Assembly (NCBI GenBank): GCA_008632985.1
Contig: QPGO01000121.1
Coordinates: 124,001 to 188,000, forward strand
DNA length: 64,000 nucleotides
Source of the DNA: Psammoneis japonica
Lineage: Eukaryota
Direction of reading: 5' to 3'
The position numbers and the translations under genes are program-made. The notes under the pieces are model-generated. The model had not been told where the DNA came from. It saw only the letters and a program-made list of their open reading frames with translations, and did not search any database. Positions 1-10,993 of the stretch are shown piece by piece (the first letter of the stretch is position 1; every line of letters starts with the position of its first letter).

Positions 1-707
1 GACACGAGCTTTTCCAGAAGCTTGTAGTTTGGTTCGATAACTTTCGTTTCCTCCTTGACTGCAGGAGCCTGCTTCACTGGTGGCTGTGAGGCATTCCCAG
101 TGAGGTCTACCTGCGGCCGAGGAGACTCTCGTGGTGGAGGAGCGTTGTTTGCGGCTCGGTTGGTACTTGGCCGGTTCTTGGAAGTCTGTTGCTGGTCTGT
201 AGGTTTCGGTGCGCTGGGTTTCGGTACTACAGGAGGCTTTACTGCCATTATGGGCTGCTGCTGTTGAAGTGACTTTGATATAAGCGTCATGTCTGATTTG
301 GAACCCTCCTCTGGGTTTTCGAGCTTTTTCTTTTTGAGTCGAGGAATCATACCTGGTTTTGTCGCGGACGCTTCTTCTTGTTCCTTGTTTGATTCCTCCT
401 TTTCGTCAGCATGTTGCGCCTTTCTCTTTTTCGTTCGTCCTCTCTGAAGGCGTTTCCTCGTCTTTGAAACCACGGGTTCATCTTCTTCTTCGTCGTCACT
501 ATCGTCCACGTTAAACACGTCGTCCATGTCGTCGTTGTCCGCTTGACTGCTCGTTGCCGTTTCTTTTTTTGTGGTCCTTGAAGGATTTCTACGTTTTGGA
601 ATCTCTTCTTCTTCTAGTATAGCTTGCACCTCCTCCTCCTTGTTGGAGGCAGCAGCAGCTTCTTCCTGGAGCTTTTTCAGTTGCTGCCGTTCCGTAAGAC
701 GTCCCAT
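1..707 (-). CDS. 5' part of a charged, low-complexity hypothetical protein (runs off window start)
   Basis: Manual translation from ATG at 707 (MGRLTERQQLKKLQEE...DDMDDVFNVDDSDDEEED...) stays open to position 1; no recognisable domain in this part. Confidence 0.65.
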   Translation of the reverse strand, partial: MGRLTERQQLKKLQEEAAAASNKEEEVQAILEEEEIPKRRNPSRTTKKETATSSQADNDDMDDVFNVDDSDDEEEDEPVVSKTRKRLQRGRTKKRKAQHADEKEESNKEQEEASATKPGMIPRLKKKKLENPEEGSKSDMTLISKSLQQQQPIMAVKPPVVPKPSAPKPTDQQQTSKNRPSTNRAANNAPPPRESPRPQVDLTGNASQPPVKQAPAVKEETKVIEPNYKLLEKLV

Positions 708-1280
708 TGTTATCGTTTGCTCGCGGCCACGGCCACCGGCCACGACATGATGGTGCAGCATGTTCTTGTCTCTTGTCTGCGTGTCTTTTGTGTTGGGTGC
801 TGGAAAAAGCACACAACCGGACCAAAATGCTACAATGCAGGATATTCCTACTAGATCACTCTATTTTACTTGTACGGGACAACCTAATCTATCGGTATGA
901 TAGAATAGAGGCCTCGTCAAATAGCAGTTCTGTTATCCTTCACTGACACAATGATGACGAGCACATCATTCTGTGTGTTCTTCTTCCCTTATCTCCTCCG
1001 GCATTTGGCATCCTGTGTGATGACCGCATCGCCATTGCCACGCAAGAGCCATTATTCATTACCCTCATACAATATAACACTCCCATCCTTGACACTGTCC
1101 CTTCTCGTCAGATACACCAACACATTTGCTCCGTTCCATTCGAGCAGTTTCATCGCAGAGAGGCAACGCAGCCAACGAATGTGACGGACGACGACTCATC
1201 CTTGCGCAAAATATTCGAGTGAAACGAAAAAGATACTGGCGCTGCAGGAGTGCTTGGAAACAAGTCTCGTTTTCAAAATC

Positions 1281-4200
1281 ATGGAACAGTCTTCGTCAAG
1301 TTCCAGCAGCAGCATTGACATGTCAGCGGATTGGTTCTGCGCTTTGTCACAAGATGAGCAAGAGGATGTTCGTCGCTTCCAAGAGAATGATCCAACATTG
1401 ACGGTGCTTAATCTCTGGGGCAATTCCATTGGAGACGAGGGTGCCGCGGCCATTGGAAAAGCGCTAGAGACGAATAAAACATTGAAGCAGCTTAATCTCT
1501 TCAGCAATTCCATTGGAGACGAGGGTGCCGCGGCCATTGGCAAAGCGCTAGAGAAGAATAAAACATTGACGAAGCTTGTTCTTGGCTTCAATTCCATTGG
1601 AGACAATGGTGTCTCGGCCATTGGAAAAGCGCTAGAAAAGAATAAAACATTGACGAAGCTTGTTCTTGGCTTCAATTCCATTGGAGACAATGGTGTCTCG
1701 GCCATTGGAAAAGTGCTGGCAATGAATACAACATTGACGGTGCTTGATCTCAACAGCAATTCCATTGGATTTGAGGGTGCTGCGGCCATTGGAAAAGCAC
1801 TAGAAACAAATGAAACATTGAAGGAGCTTTATCTCGACAGCAATTCCATTGGAGACGAGGGTGCCGTGGCTTTTGGAAAAGCTCTAGAGACGAATAAAGC
1901 ATTGACGGTGCTTTATCTCTACAAAAATTCCATTGGAGACAAGGGTGCCGTGGCCATTGGAAAAGCGCTAGAAAAGAATAAAACATTGACGGAGCTTTAT
2001 CTCAACAACAATTCCATTGGAGACAAGGGTGCCGTGGCCATTGGAAAAGCGCTAGAGACGAACCAGACATTGGCGTCAAATCTCCAAAGGCTGGACTTGA
2101 GCAACAATGACATTACAAGACTTCCACGCTCCTTTGTGAAACTTGAGGGAACGTGCGAATATTTTAATGTGATCGGTAATCCACTGTTGGAACCCCCGTC
2201 CGAGGTTGCCGAACAGGGCCTCGAGGCGATTGCTCGTTACTTTGAAGCCGTGGATAAAGGGGGGGCAATCACATCCAGACAGCTCAAGGCGGTGCTCGTG
2301 GGGGACGGGGAAGCAGGAAAGACGAGCCTGCGAAATGCCATTGCCGGCCGTTTCCCGGCGCGGACAGAGGGTGAGGAGGAACGGACCATCTATCTCAATG
2401 TGGAACCTGTGCAGATAGATGCACCCGAAGGACTCAGCGATGATCCAATTACGCTAATGGTCTATGACTGCGGTGGTCAGCAAGACTATGCTGTCGGGCA
2501 AGCGCCATTCATGACAGCGTCGTCACTCTTTTTACTAGTCGTGGCGGCGGATAAGGCACACGACGATTGCTATGAAGACGTAGTGCATCGCTTTCTTGTG
2601 CTACTACAGGCAAGGGCGCCGGGTGCCGTAGTACAACTTGTCCTGTCCAAGGTTGATCTTGTGCCGGACGAGTTGGACGAGGCTGAACGAAAGCAATGGC
2701 TCGAGGAAAGAGTGCGATGGCTCAACGACAAAGTCCAAGGGCAGCTTCAAGCATGGCGCAATGCCGCCGCTATTCGAGAAAGAGAGCAAGTTGCTCTTCA
2801 AGATCGTGTCATTGCAGAGGACGACTCGATGGAAAGAAAGAAGCCGCCGCTGCTCCGGATCCTACCCAATGTCCTGAAAGTATCCGTAACGAGCCGCAGC
2901 GCGATTGCAGGTTCGCAGGAACAGGTGAGCAATACCATCTTTAGGCACACGCAGGATCACGCAGAGCCCAGGTTGTCAAGTGTCGGTACGCTCATCCCAA
3001 AGTCATGGCAAGAGCTGTGGAAATTCTTTGGCGCTGTTCTTCAGTGCGGTACAGATGCCGATGAAGAAGCGCTTTTCTCTGTAGCAAGTTCCGATGATGC
3101 CATTCCATTGGGCGAGATTGGGAATATGAAGACGACTACAGACGGCGAAATGGAGATACCAGCCAAAGGACCATACTGTTCAGTGAAGAGGCTCAAGTCA
3201 TTGTGGAATAAATTCCGCTTCTTGCACTCCCCCTTGGCTGATGACACTACGTTTGGCGATGCACTAGGACTTCTTGAAGCCCGGGGCAGTATTTTTGTTG
3301 ATGCTGGGCTGGCGTATTTGCAACCGTCTTTTGTAACCGACTTGATCAAACCTCTCATAGACCACACGTTGACGCCAGAAAAAAATTGAATCCTCGGAGT
3401 TTGGCAAGGAAGTTGAGACTTTCGTCGAGATTTGCGAGAGCAAAAGAATTGGACTACGACAAGATATAATGGAGGGACTGAGAGATTTGACTCGTAGCGG
3501 AGAGCTGGACGCACTCATCCTTCCCTTTTTGTGGCGTGACTTCAAAATTGATCAAGAAGACTACCGAATGATTCTGCAGATGCTTCTTGAATCGGACGTC
3601 GTATTTGCTTCGTCACCTCATCCGAACTCTTCTACAAAGGAGAAAGCCAGTTCTCGAGTCTCTGCTGATGTTATTCCCGTGGTCCTCTTCCGTTTAAAGA
3701 AAGAAATACCGTCGGATTGGGAGGATATGTGGCCAGAGCGAGTACCAGACGAACACGAGCAGCGAGATTTGCGCTTTATAATGTACAGGGGCTGTCCCAC
3801 GAGTCTTACTGCACACTTTGCTGCTGCAACCCATGCATATGGGAATTGTGTATGTGCATGTCTGAATGGCGCGATTGTGCTTGACGAGAAGGATCGATAC
3901 ATCCGGTCCAAGCTTGTTGAGATAGACGGCGGCGAGCCGTACTTGGTGTTTTCTGTACGATATCCAAAGGATGACGCGCTTAGGGAAGAAATTTGGGGCC
4001 TATTAAACGGTGCCGTTAGTTTTGCTCGTGACGAAGTGAAGGATCACTTTGCAGGTCTGCAGTATGACGTGGTGTTCGCATGTCATTGCTGTGTTAGTGC
4101 TGGTAGAGGACAAGATTCCCAGTTATTTGGATGGTCGAAAGTGACAAATCCAGACAGGAGAATGAGTTCGCATTTTTGTCGTAATTGCAGAAAAAACATT

Positions 4201-5106
4201 AATTTTCGGGTGGGAGAACCCATCCACAACAAGATCGGAAGGGCATCGAGGCATAAGGAGCTGCTGAATCAGATGATGGCTCGTGTTGCTCACTTTCCCG
4301 AAGCTCAAGAAATCGGTCATGATGCCGATGGGCATTGCATCCAGTCTCCTCTCGCTGGCAGAAAACGCACGAGCGATGAGCTGAGCGGCCCCGACGCCTC
4401 GACGAATACAGCTGGTGAACGAAACGTCTCTGGCTTGTACACGCAAACACTGATGGATGGTATCAAGACAGATGTGGGGGAGTTGTCAATGGACGAGGTG
4501 CCAGATCCAAGCAGTGTTTGGCAGGTCAACCTTGGTGGCGATCCGTATGTGTTTTTGTCTCATAGAGGCATCGACACCAAAGAGAGTATTGCTCGTCCGA
4601 CGCGTTGGTTTCTCACCAAAAGAATGGGCGTCAAGACCTTCATGGATGATGGAAGCTTGAAAACAGGGGAAGACCAGATGCATTCTCTACTCGAAGCTGC
4701 GCATACGTGTTCCCATGCAGTGATAATATTGTCACCCAAATTTCTAGAGAGTCGCTACTGTGTCATGGAGCTCAACACTTTCATGATGCGACGGAAGCGG
4801 AAAAATTTGAAGATATTGTCGTATCTTTGGAAGCTAGACGAAGTCGACAGGTTTGCTGAAGCTGTAAAGAGGATGATCTACCTTGAGGCCCGGATAGATG
4901 ATCCCGCAAGGTATCTAGTCGGAAGATTGTGGCCAGACCTCATTGAACGTCTCAAGTGTGATCGAGACAAGCCAGAATGGGATGACTTATCATTGAAAGA
5001 TGAGTTGGTGCGATACGTTGAGGAGCATCGCGTGGACGAAACAACTCCTCCCATTCCCAAAAGTTTGGAAGTATTTGCTCATAATATCGGGCCTGATAAA
5101 GCATGA
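1281..5106 (+). CDS. Roco protein: LRR - ROC GTPase - COR - TIR (frameshift at A7 run 3379-3385)
   Basis: RI-like LRRs; P-loop GDGEAGKTS; DCGGQ; SKVD; COR-like region; C-terminal TIR (YVFLSHRGIDTK...IILSPKFLESRYCVMEL). Removing one A joins ORFs 1254..3389 and 3469..5106 in frame (PEKIESSEFG...). Confidence 0.9.
1395..2066 (+). repeat. 8 x 84-bp tandem LRR-coding repeats
   Basis: Unit TLTxLxLxxNSIGDxGAxAIGKALExNx repeated 8 times; units 3 and 4 are almost identical at DNA level. Confidence 0.95.
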
Positions 5107-5186
5107 GAACTTGTGAACCCAAGATGCGTTCTCTAATGAAAGCTGCGTATAGCTCTTCGCATGCTTTGGTTTTGCTATCACTTTGA

Positions 5187-5480
5187 TTTCTAGAGAGTGG
5201 TTACTGTGTAATGGAGCTTCGTTTCTTCATGATACGTTGGCGCCAGCGAAATTTGCTGCGTTGCCAAATCTCTGGAGGATACGAAAAGTCGACAATGATT
5301 TTGCACCAGCTGCGAGGGAGATCATTCAGCACATGTCTCGGACGAAAGACCGCGCATATTACAGATTGGAGACCCTCTGGCCAGACCTCGCCAAGGTTCT
5401 CAAAGGTGGATGACAAGACCGGTCAGATTGGGATGCGCTGTCATTGAGAGACAAAATATTCCTAATATGCCCTTGAGTAT
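5187..5480 (+). pseudogene. Degenerate copy of the 3' half of the TIR domain
   Basis: tttctagagagtggttactgtgtaatggagct resembles 4741 tttctagagagtcgctactgtgtcatggagct; tggccagacctc and tgggatg...tcattga are also shared; frame is broken. Confidence 0.8.
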
Positions 5481-6247
5481 CTACCAGGCAGTTCTAAGCG
5501 TGACAGCGGACTTTGTTGTCCCATAGCGACGAATCGAGATAAGGGAATTGGTGCTTGGCTTTTTCTTATTTGCAGTCTGATTTTGAGGTAGCGCGCCATC
5601 GTATGTGAACTGTTGTACCGTGCCGACATAATTCTCGGGAGGCGCACCTTGCTGTGTTCTTAACGCCTATGAAAGTGTCGTTGGCTCAGTGCTGACGCGG
5701 TGCAGCGTTCCGAGAGCTTTCGTGGTGGTTACTAAGCTTGCCTTTTGCGGCCCGCCCATGAGTGTTCCAGATCTTGCCATTCACGGCGTGCGCGATATGT
5801 CACATAAGCTACGTGGATTTGATGCCTCTTGCAGGAACAGAACGCACAGAGCATGCTGGTGGCAACTATGTGTTGTGTTTCCGATCTCAGCTGATGAAAG
5901 AGATGCTGCTACCAGCACTCTGTGGAGTGGAAAACCCAAATTTTACCTTTTCTTACTCTCTAGTAGCTCTAGTCTATTCAACCCATAACACCGGTACTGT
6001 ATCTAAGTTCTACTGGCGAGTCTCAAACAACGGTTGTGTTTCTCTCGAATGCTGTAATCGTCGTGCGAACGAGTGACTTAGCTACAGCTGTTACCAGAGC
6101 AATACGGTATGCAACTACTAGGGCCCAATTATAAATGAATCAACCTACGCCTCTATTTCTAACATGTAGTGTTTTCTTAGCTGTAGCGTTTTCTAGTTCT
6201 CCTCTATGCCATGCGCATCTGGCAGAAAGTGCTTCGGCATGAAAAGC

Positions 6248-7746
6248 CTAAACTTTCACGATACGGTCCGGAATAATATCAATTCCAGCCTCAGCGGCTT
6301 GTTTGTAGTGAGCATCATGCCAAAGGCCCACCTGCACTTCACCAATGTGCCCAGTCCTTAGCAATAACATGAGCAGACGGGAAATGCCAAGTCCGCCTCC
6401 GTAGCAGTACGGGAGTCTCTCCTCGATCACCGCCTTTTGAAAGTCCAAGTTGGCTTCGTGCATCACTCCTCGGTGCTCCATCTGAGCCAAGAGTGCGTCA
6501 CGGTCTACACGGATTCCCATGCTACTAATCTCGTGGCGATAGCCAGTCAATGGGTGCTAGCGACGTTGCGAAAAGAAAAAGAAAAAGTGAGCGCAATAGC
6601 AAATCAAGAACACCATTCAGAGGGCGGGATGATTTCGACTTACCATTGTCATAATGTCTCCATTGAGGTTCCAATCATCATAGCCGGGAGCCCTAACTTC
6701 TTCCGGAGGCGAACCGTCCTTCATGGGCCAGCCCATGCCAATAATAAACACCGCACCATACCTCCGAACAATTTCCGTCTCGCGTTCCCTGACGCTGAGT
6801 TCAGGAAAGTGAGCATGCAAGTCTTCCGAGGTGATGAACGTAATTTCTTTTGGTAGCCTCCACTCATAAGTGGAGTGCCCTTCCAGGAGAATCTGAGGAT
6901 ACTTTTCAAGAATGTAGTCCTCCGCATCGGTAACAATCTGCAAAAAAAGGAATTTTGGTGAGAACAACCGTCCAGATGCTTTTGCAGCTGTGGAATTAAC
7001 CAAAGGCTCGGCTTACCTTCCAGATGATCCGCACAAACTCCTTGAGTTTTTCGACTTTTCGATCCTCCTTATTGATGCGAATCTCAAAGTCCCACTGGTC
7101 GGCAACAGCAGAGTGGGTAACGTCTCCCTGCGGCACACATTGAGAAACGACGCGAGTATGAGTATCCTGAAGTGCGCATCAGTCCACAATGGCACTGCTT
7201 GTACTTGCCTTGTATCCCTTGCGAATAGAGGTCGAATCGCAATACATGCCTTCACCAACTTGGATGCCGAGACGGTCAAGCATGATTCTCTTCCACTTGG
7301 CTAGAGACTGCACGACTTCGCAATCCATTTCATACTTACTGTGTTTCTTCATGACTTCTTCGCTAACCTTGATTCCTCGAGGGATGTCTCTGTTTGGTAC
7401 AGTGAATCTCACAGCCTTCTTGGACTCGGTACCATCCAACTCGTCATTGACGCCGGTGCCTCTCATAAACGCGAGTGGTGCCGTATGCTAAATTATCGAG
7501 AACGAATAGTGGGAAACATCCAAACAGTGTGTTAGAAGAATTAAAAGGATGTGACGTGCATAAGCATCACACATTCCATACCTTGACGAGGTTAAGGTCC
7601 TCTTCTAGGCGCTGTTCGACAAAGCGCTTTACGTCAGTCATGGCTCTCTGGAGATCAAGTCGCGAAAGTCGTCGAGTGGAGATGGCAGGCCTGTTGTACT
7701 CCGGCGGGAGTAGGTCGGGAGGCATGTAGGTATCAGAGTCGCTCAT
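6248..7746 (-). CDS. asnA: Ammonia-dependent asparagine synthetase A (aspartate-ammonia ligase), 5 exons
   Basis: Motifs GVNDELDG, EVVQSLAKWKR, HSAVADQWDFE, RAPGYDDW, EISSMGIRVD, GGGLGISRLLM, HIGEVQ. Exons about 7746-7582, 7487-7209, 7127-7017, 6937-6644, 6556-6248. Confidence 0.92.
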
Positions 7747-8154
7747 TGTGGTTTTCGATTCGACTTCCTTTTTTCTTTCTCTTGTGTTGGTTCTATTTGA
7801 TTGCTTTTTCGTTTTTATGAGAGGGAAGTGTTGGAGAAACGAATTGATGTCGCGTGATGGATTCTCTTTCGCGTTCCATGACAGCGGTGATGGTGGTGTC
7901 AAAGTGGCACCTGGATTGACACCATGTCCAGTCTTGGTTCGTTCGTGCCAACGGCTGGCACGGGGTTCGCATTCCAAGTTCGACCTCTTCGACTACCTTG
8001 AGATCAACACCGGGCACCGGGCACCGGGCGGGCACGCACGCACGCACGCACGCACACAATGGTGGCGGAGAAAGTTCACCAAAGCGCAAAGCAGCCACAA
8101 CTGAAAAACTCGAAAACAAGTCCAATACGAAGCAACGTTCTATTTGCTTGTAGG

Positions 8155-8796
8155 ATGAGTGACAACGCTCGTAATCCGCGTCCACAGTCTCCAGTCATGA
8201 TTGAGGAGGAGCCTCCTCATGAGTTTTATGCAAATCTCCTTGGGAAGACGGTTCTGAAATCGACTTCTCTGTCGGCGGCAGCAGCACAAAGTTCTCAAGC
8301 GAGAGACAGGTCCCATTCTTCTTCTTCTCTAACCGACGTTGCTGTCATACCCAACGATTACAAAAATACACCAAAGGAAGAGACGAGTTTTGCACGGGTC
8401 TACAAAAGAGCTCTTTCGGACCCTCCCAAGCTTACGTCTCTGGCCATTGATCAATCCAATCGTGGTTATCAATTGCTGGAGAAAATGGGCTGGAACGAGC
8501 AGAGCGGCGGACTGGGCCGTGAACGACAGGGATCTATGCTTCCCGTCAAGACTGTATTGAAAAAAGATAAGAAAGGTTTGGGCTGTGGAAAGCCTAAGGA
8601 GGCAAGAATTACACATACCAAAGCAAGCGAGTCAAAAGCCAGCCAGGAACCCCCAACAGAAACTAAGGCACAACGGCGACAACGACGGAAACGAGAAGCC
8701 GAGAAGGAGTCTTACCGTGAAAAGCGGATCAGAATGCTACTCAGGTCGGACATAAGTGATGAGTACGAAAAATTGTACATGAACCTTCATCGATAA
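8155..8796 (+). CDS. G-patch domain protein
   Basis: SNRGYQLLEKMGWNEQSGGLGRERQG G-patch motif. Confidence 0.85.
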   Translation: MSDNARNPRPQSPVMIEEEPPHEFYANLLGKTVLKSTSLSAAAAQSSQARDRSHSSSSLTDVAVIPNDYKNTPKEETSFARVYKRALSDPPKLTSLAIDQSNRGYQLLEKMGWNEQSGGLGRERQGSMLPVKTVLKKDKKGLGCGKPKEARITHTKASESKASQEPPTETKAQRRQRRKREAEKESYREKRIRMLLRSDISDEYEKLYMNLHR

Positions 8797-8900
8797 AGTA
8801 CGGTACGAAACCCAGAATGAATCTACTTCTGCTCGCCCGGTAGGGAAATTGAGAGCACAACGATTTGACACAATTGATTACACGAGTTCTAGTTTGGGAC

Positions 8901-9854
8901 TTAATAAACGACGTGACTGAGACAAAGGCCGCTAGCAGGAGCACAATTGACAAGAGACGCAGCTTCGTCGTCACCGGTTAGGAGTCTGGGAATGTCATCC
9001 TGAGACAAGGTGCCTCGGCAGACATCCACAATAACGCCAACCAGGTTACGAACCATCGCACGGCGGAAGCCGCAAGCCTCCAATGTAAACTTTACATTGC
9101 AAACTGGGGCAGGAGAAGATGTATCGTCGCTAGACGGCAAATAATCCACATCGAATCGAGTCAAGTCGATGACATTGTCCTTTTGATTTCTCGCTCTCTT
9201 GTGAACAAAGCAACTAAAGTCATGTTTCCCAGTCAGTATGTCACATACGTCCTGCATAATTGAATCGTCCAATGCCCACGGACACAAGTACAGGCAGTCT
9301 GAATCATGTGCCGTTCTCAAAGTGTGGGGCCCGCTGTTGCAGATAATCAAAGGCTCGTTGTTCTCTCCAAGGACTAAACGGCGAAACCGTATAGTGTAAG
9401 TGTATTGTTTAGAAACGACTCCATGTCGCGGTTCAAACTCGGCAGCACATTCCACCATACTGTGTACAGACACATCGTTTGGTAGGCGAGTGTTGAGGGC
9501 CCGACAGAGCTGCCACTCCTCTAATCCCTCTTCCAAGGTACCTTTGGGCATGTCGACCGCGACAACCTGCCCCGTCGCATGCACACCCTTATCCGTTCGT
9601 CCAGAAACACGTAAACGCAACGTCGCTACAGAGAGGTTGGTCCATCGACTCAAGGCTTCTTCCAGACAATCTTGAACCGTCCGAAAGCCAATTCTGTGCT
9701 GATGTCGTCGTCGCGGCCTCTTCTTGAGCGTGGCGTCGCTTTCGACTTGGACTTGAGATGAAGGCTTTTGCCGTTGAAATCCATTATAGCGTTTTCCATT
9801 GTACTGCACCACAAGCTTGTAAAACACCGTCTCGTTTTCCGGATCAGCCGTCAT
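8901..9854 (-). CDS. tRNA pseudouridine synthase, TruA family
   Basis: YNGKRYNGFQRQ, SGRTDKGVHA, GKHDFSCF, GFRRAMVRNLVG, APASGLCL. Likely start MTADPE at 9854; the longer ORF call runs into the MITE. Confidence 0.92.
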   Translation of the reverse strand: MTADPENETVFYKLVVQYNGKRYNGFQRQKPSSQVQVESDATLKKRPRRRHQHRIGFRTVQDCLEEALSRWTNLSVATLRLRVSGRTDKGVHATGQVVAVDMPKGTLEEGLEEWQLCRALNTRLPNDVSVHSMVECAAEFEPRHGVVSKQYTYTIRFRRLVLGENNEPLIICNSGPHTLRTAHDSDCLYLCPWALDDSIMQDVCDILTGKHDFSCFVHKRARNQKDNVIDLTRFDVDYLPSSDDTSSPAPVCNVKFTLEACGFRRAMVRNLVGVIVDVCRGTLSQDDIPRLLTGDDEAASLVNCAPASGLCLSHVVY

Positions 9855-9917
9855 TGTCGTCGGAACGGCGGCGGTCTTGGAGAGTTTTTTTGCCCAAAAT
9901 GGAAAATCGTCGGCGGC

Positions 9918-10513
9918 TAGGGTTTTCGATCGTAAGGAAGTGGTCAGCCCAAGATAAGGAAGAAGATAAGGAAAAATTTTTATACTAAGATTCACGTAGA
10001 ATCCTACGTAGATTATGACGTCAGCTGTGGCGCTGCGCGTGTTTTCTGCGCGCTACCATGAGCGAAAAAGCACAGGAACAGAACTCGTCTTGCGTGATGA
10101 GCCGTTGTCGACGATGGACAATGCGGGTATCGATAGCCAGAGAAAGCACAAGGAGCTCCTTATTGACAAGTGCATCTGTTGAAAGTCTCTTCTCCCAGCT
10201 TGAGCTTGTTGTGGACTCGATTGGAAAGAACACGCTGGAAGAGAACATGGGAGCATGTTGTCTCTTTGGACCCAAGATTGTGGTGCCTAACGGCGTCTAC
10301 CGTACTCGTTGAATGTAGTGTGTTGAAGAGCATTAGTAGCTTCAGGCTCTACTAGAGACAAGTCGTCGACCGCTAGAGTAGATGAAAGGATCATGTTAGT
10401 TGTAACTACGTAGTAAATCACGATAATTATTTTTCCTTATCTGGTTTCCTTATCTTTCCTCATCTAAGGAAATTCAGGGTCAAATAAGGAATTCCCTACG
10501 ATCGAAAACCCTA
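9918..10513. mobile_element. Non-autonomous hAT-type element (MITE), 596 bp
   Basis: 22-bp TIRs (tagggttttcgatcgtaaggaa / ttccctacgatcgaaaacccta, 1 mismatch); perfect 8-bp TSD tcggcggc at 9910-9917 and 10514-10521; subterminal gataaggaa/ttccttatc repeats. Confidence 0.93.
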
Positions 10514-10993
10514 TCGGCGGCGGTTGATGGTTCCACGTGGACCTTCATCCACCAACACACCGCGCGATGGGAGCGCGTCGGCGTTTGCAGTTTGTCTGTC
10601 GTTCGATGAAGACTCAATGAAGTTTGTTTACTTTTATGCGTACCTCGTTGAATTTATATACAACATCAATAAAAATATGGCTATTTAATTCGAGCTACAC
10701 ACGGTAATAAATTCAAATTTTCGGCTCATTCAAAAGCAAACGGTCAAAATCACAAAACGACAACCTCAAGTGTGCTTGTCTCACGACGTTTTTCTGCAGA
10801 TCAGCGGTATTTTGCTCATGATAGCGGTATGATTGCCCGTTTCTTCCATTCACGAGAGATGAACAAACTAATCGTCCTATAAGGCTTCCAGAGCAAGCAA
10901 GTGTATCACAGACTTTTCTCAGAATCGAGAAGAAGCTTTTGGTGCGACTGTTCTCCTCACAGTTCGTTTTCGGGACGAAGCATACCGTGCACA

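Noticed and set aside
1196..1789. Antisense repeat ORF
   Set aside because: It is the shadow of the LRR array.
3379..3389. Programmed frameshift in the Roco gene
   Set aside because: It is a single extra A in a homopolymer. Similar 1-nt indels occur in NSF and DCP1, so assembly error is more likely.
9855..9995. N-terminal extension of TruA
   Set aside because: It uses a non-ATG start inside the MITE.
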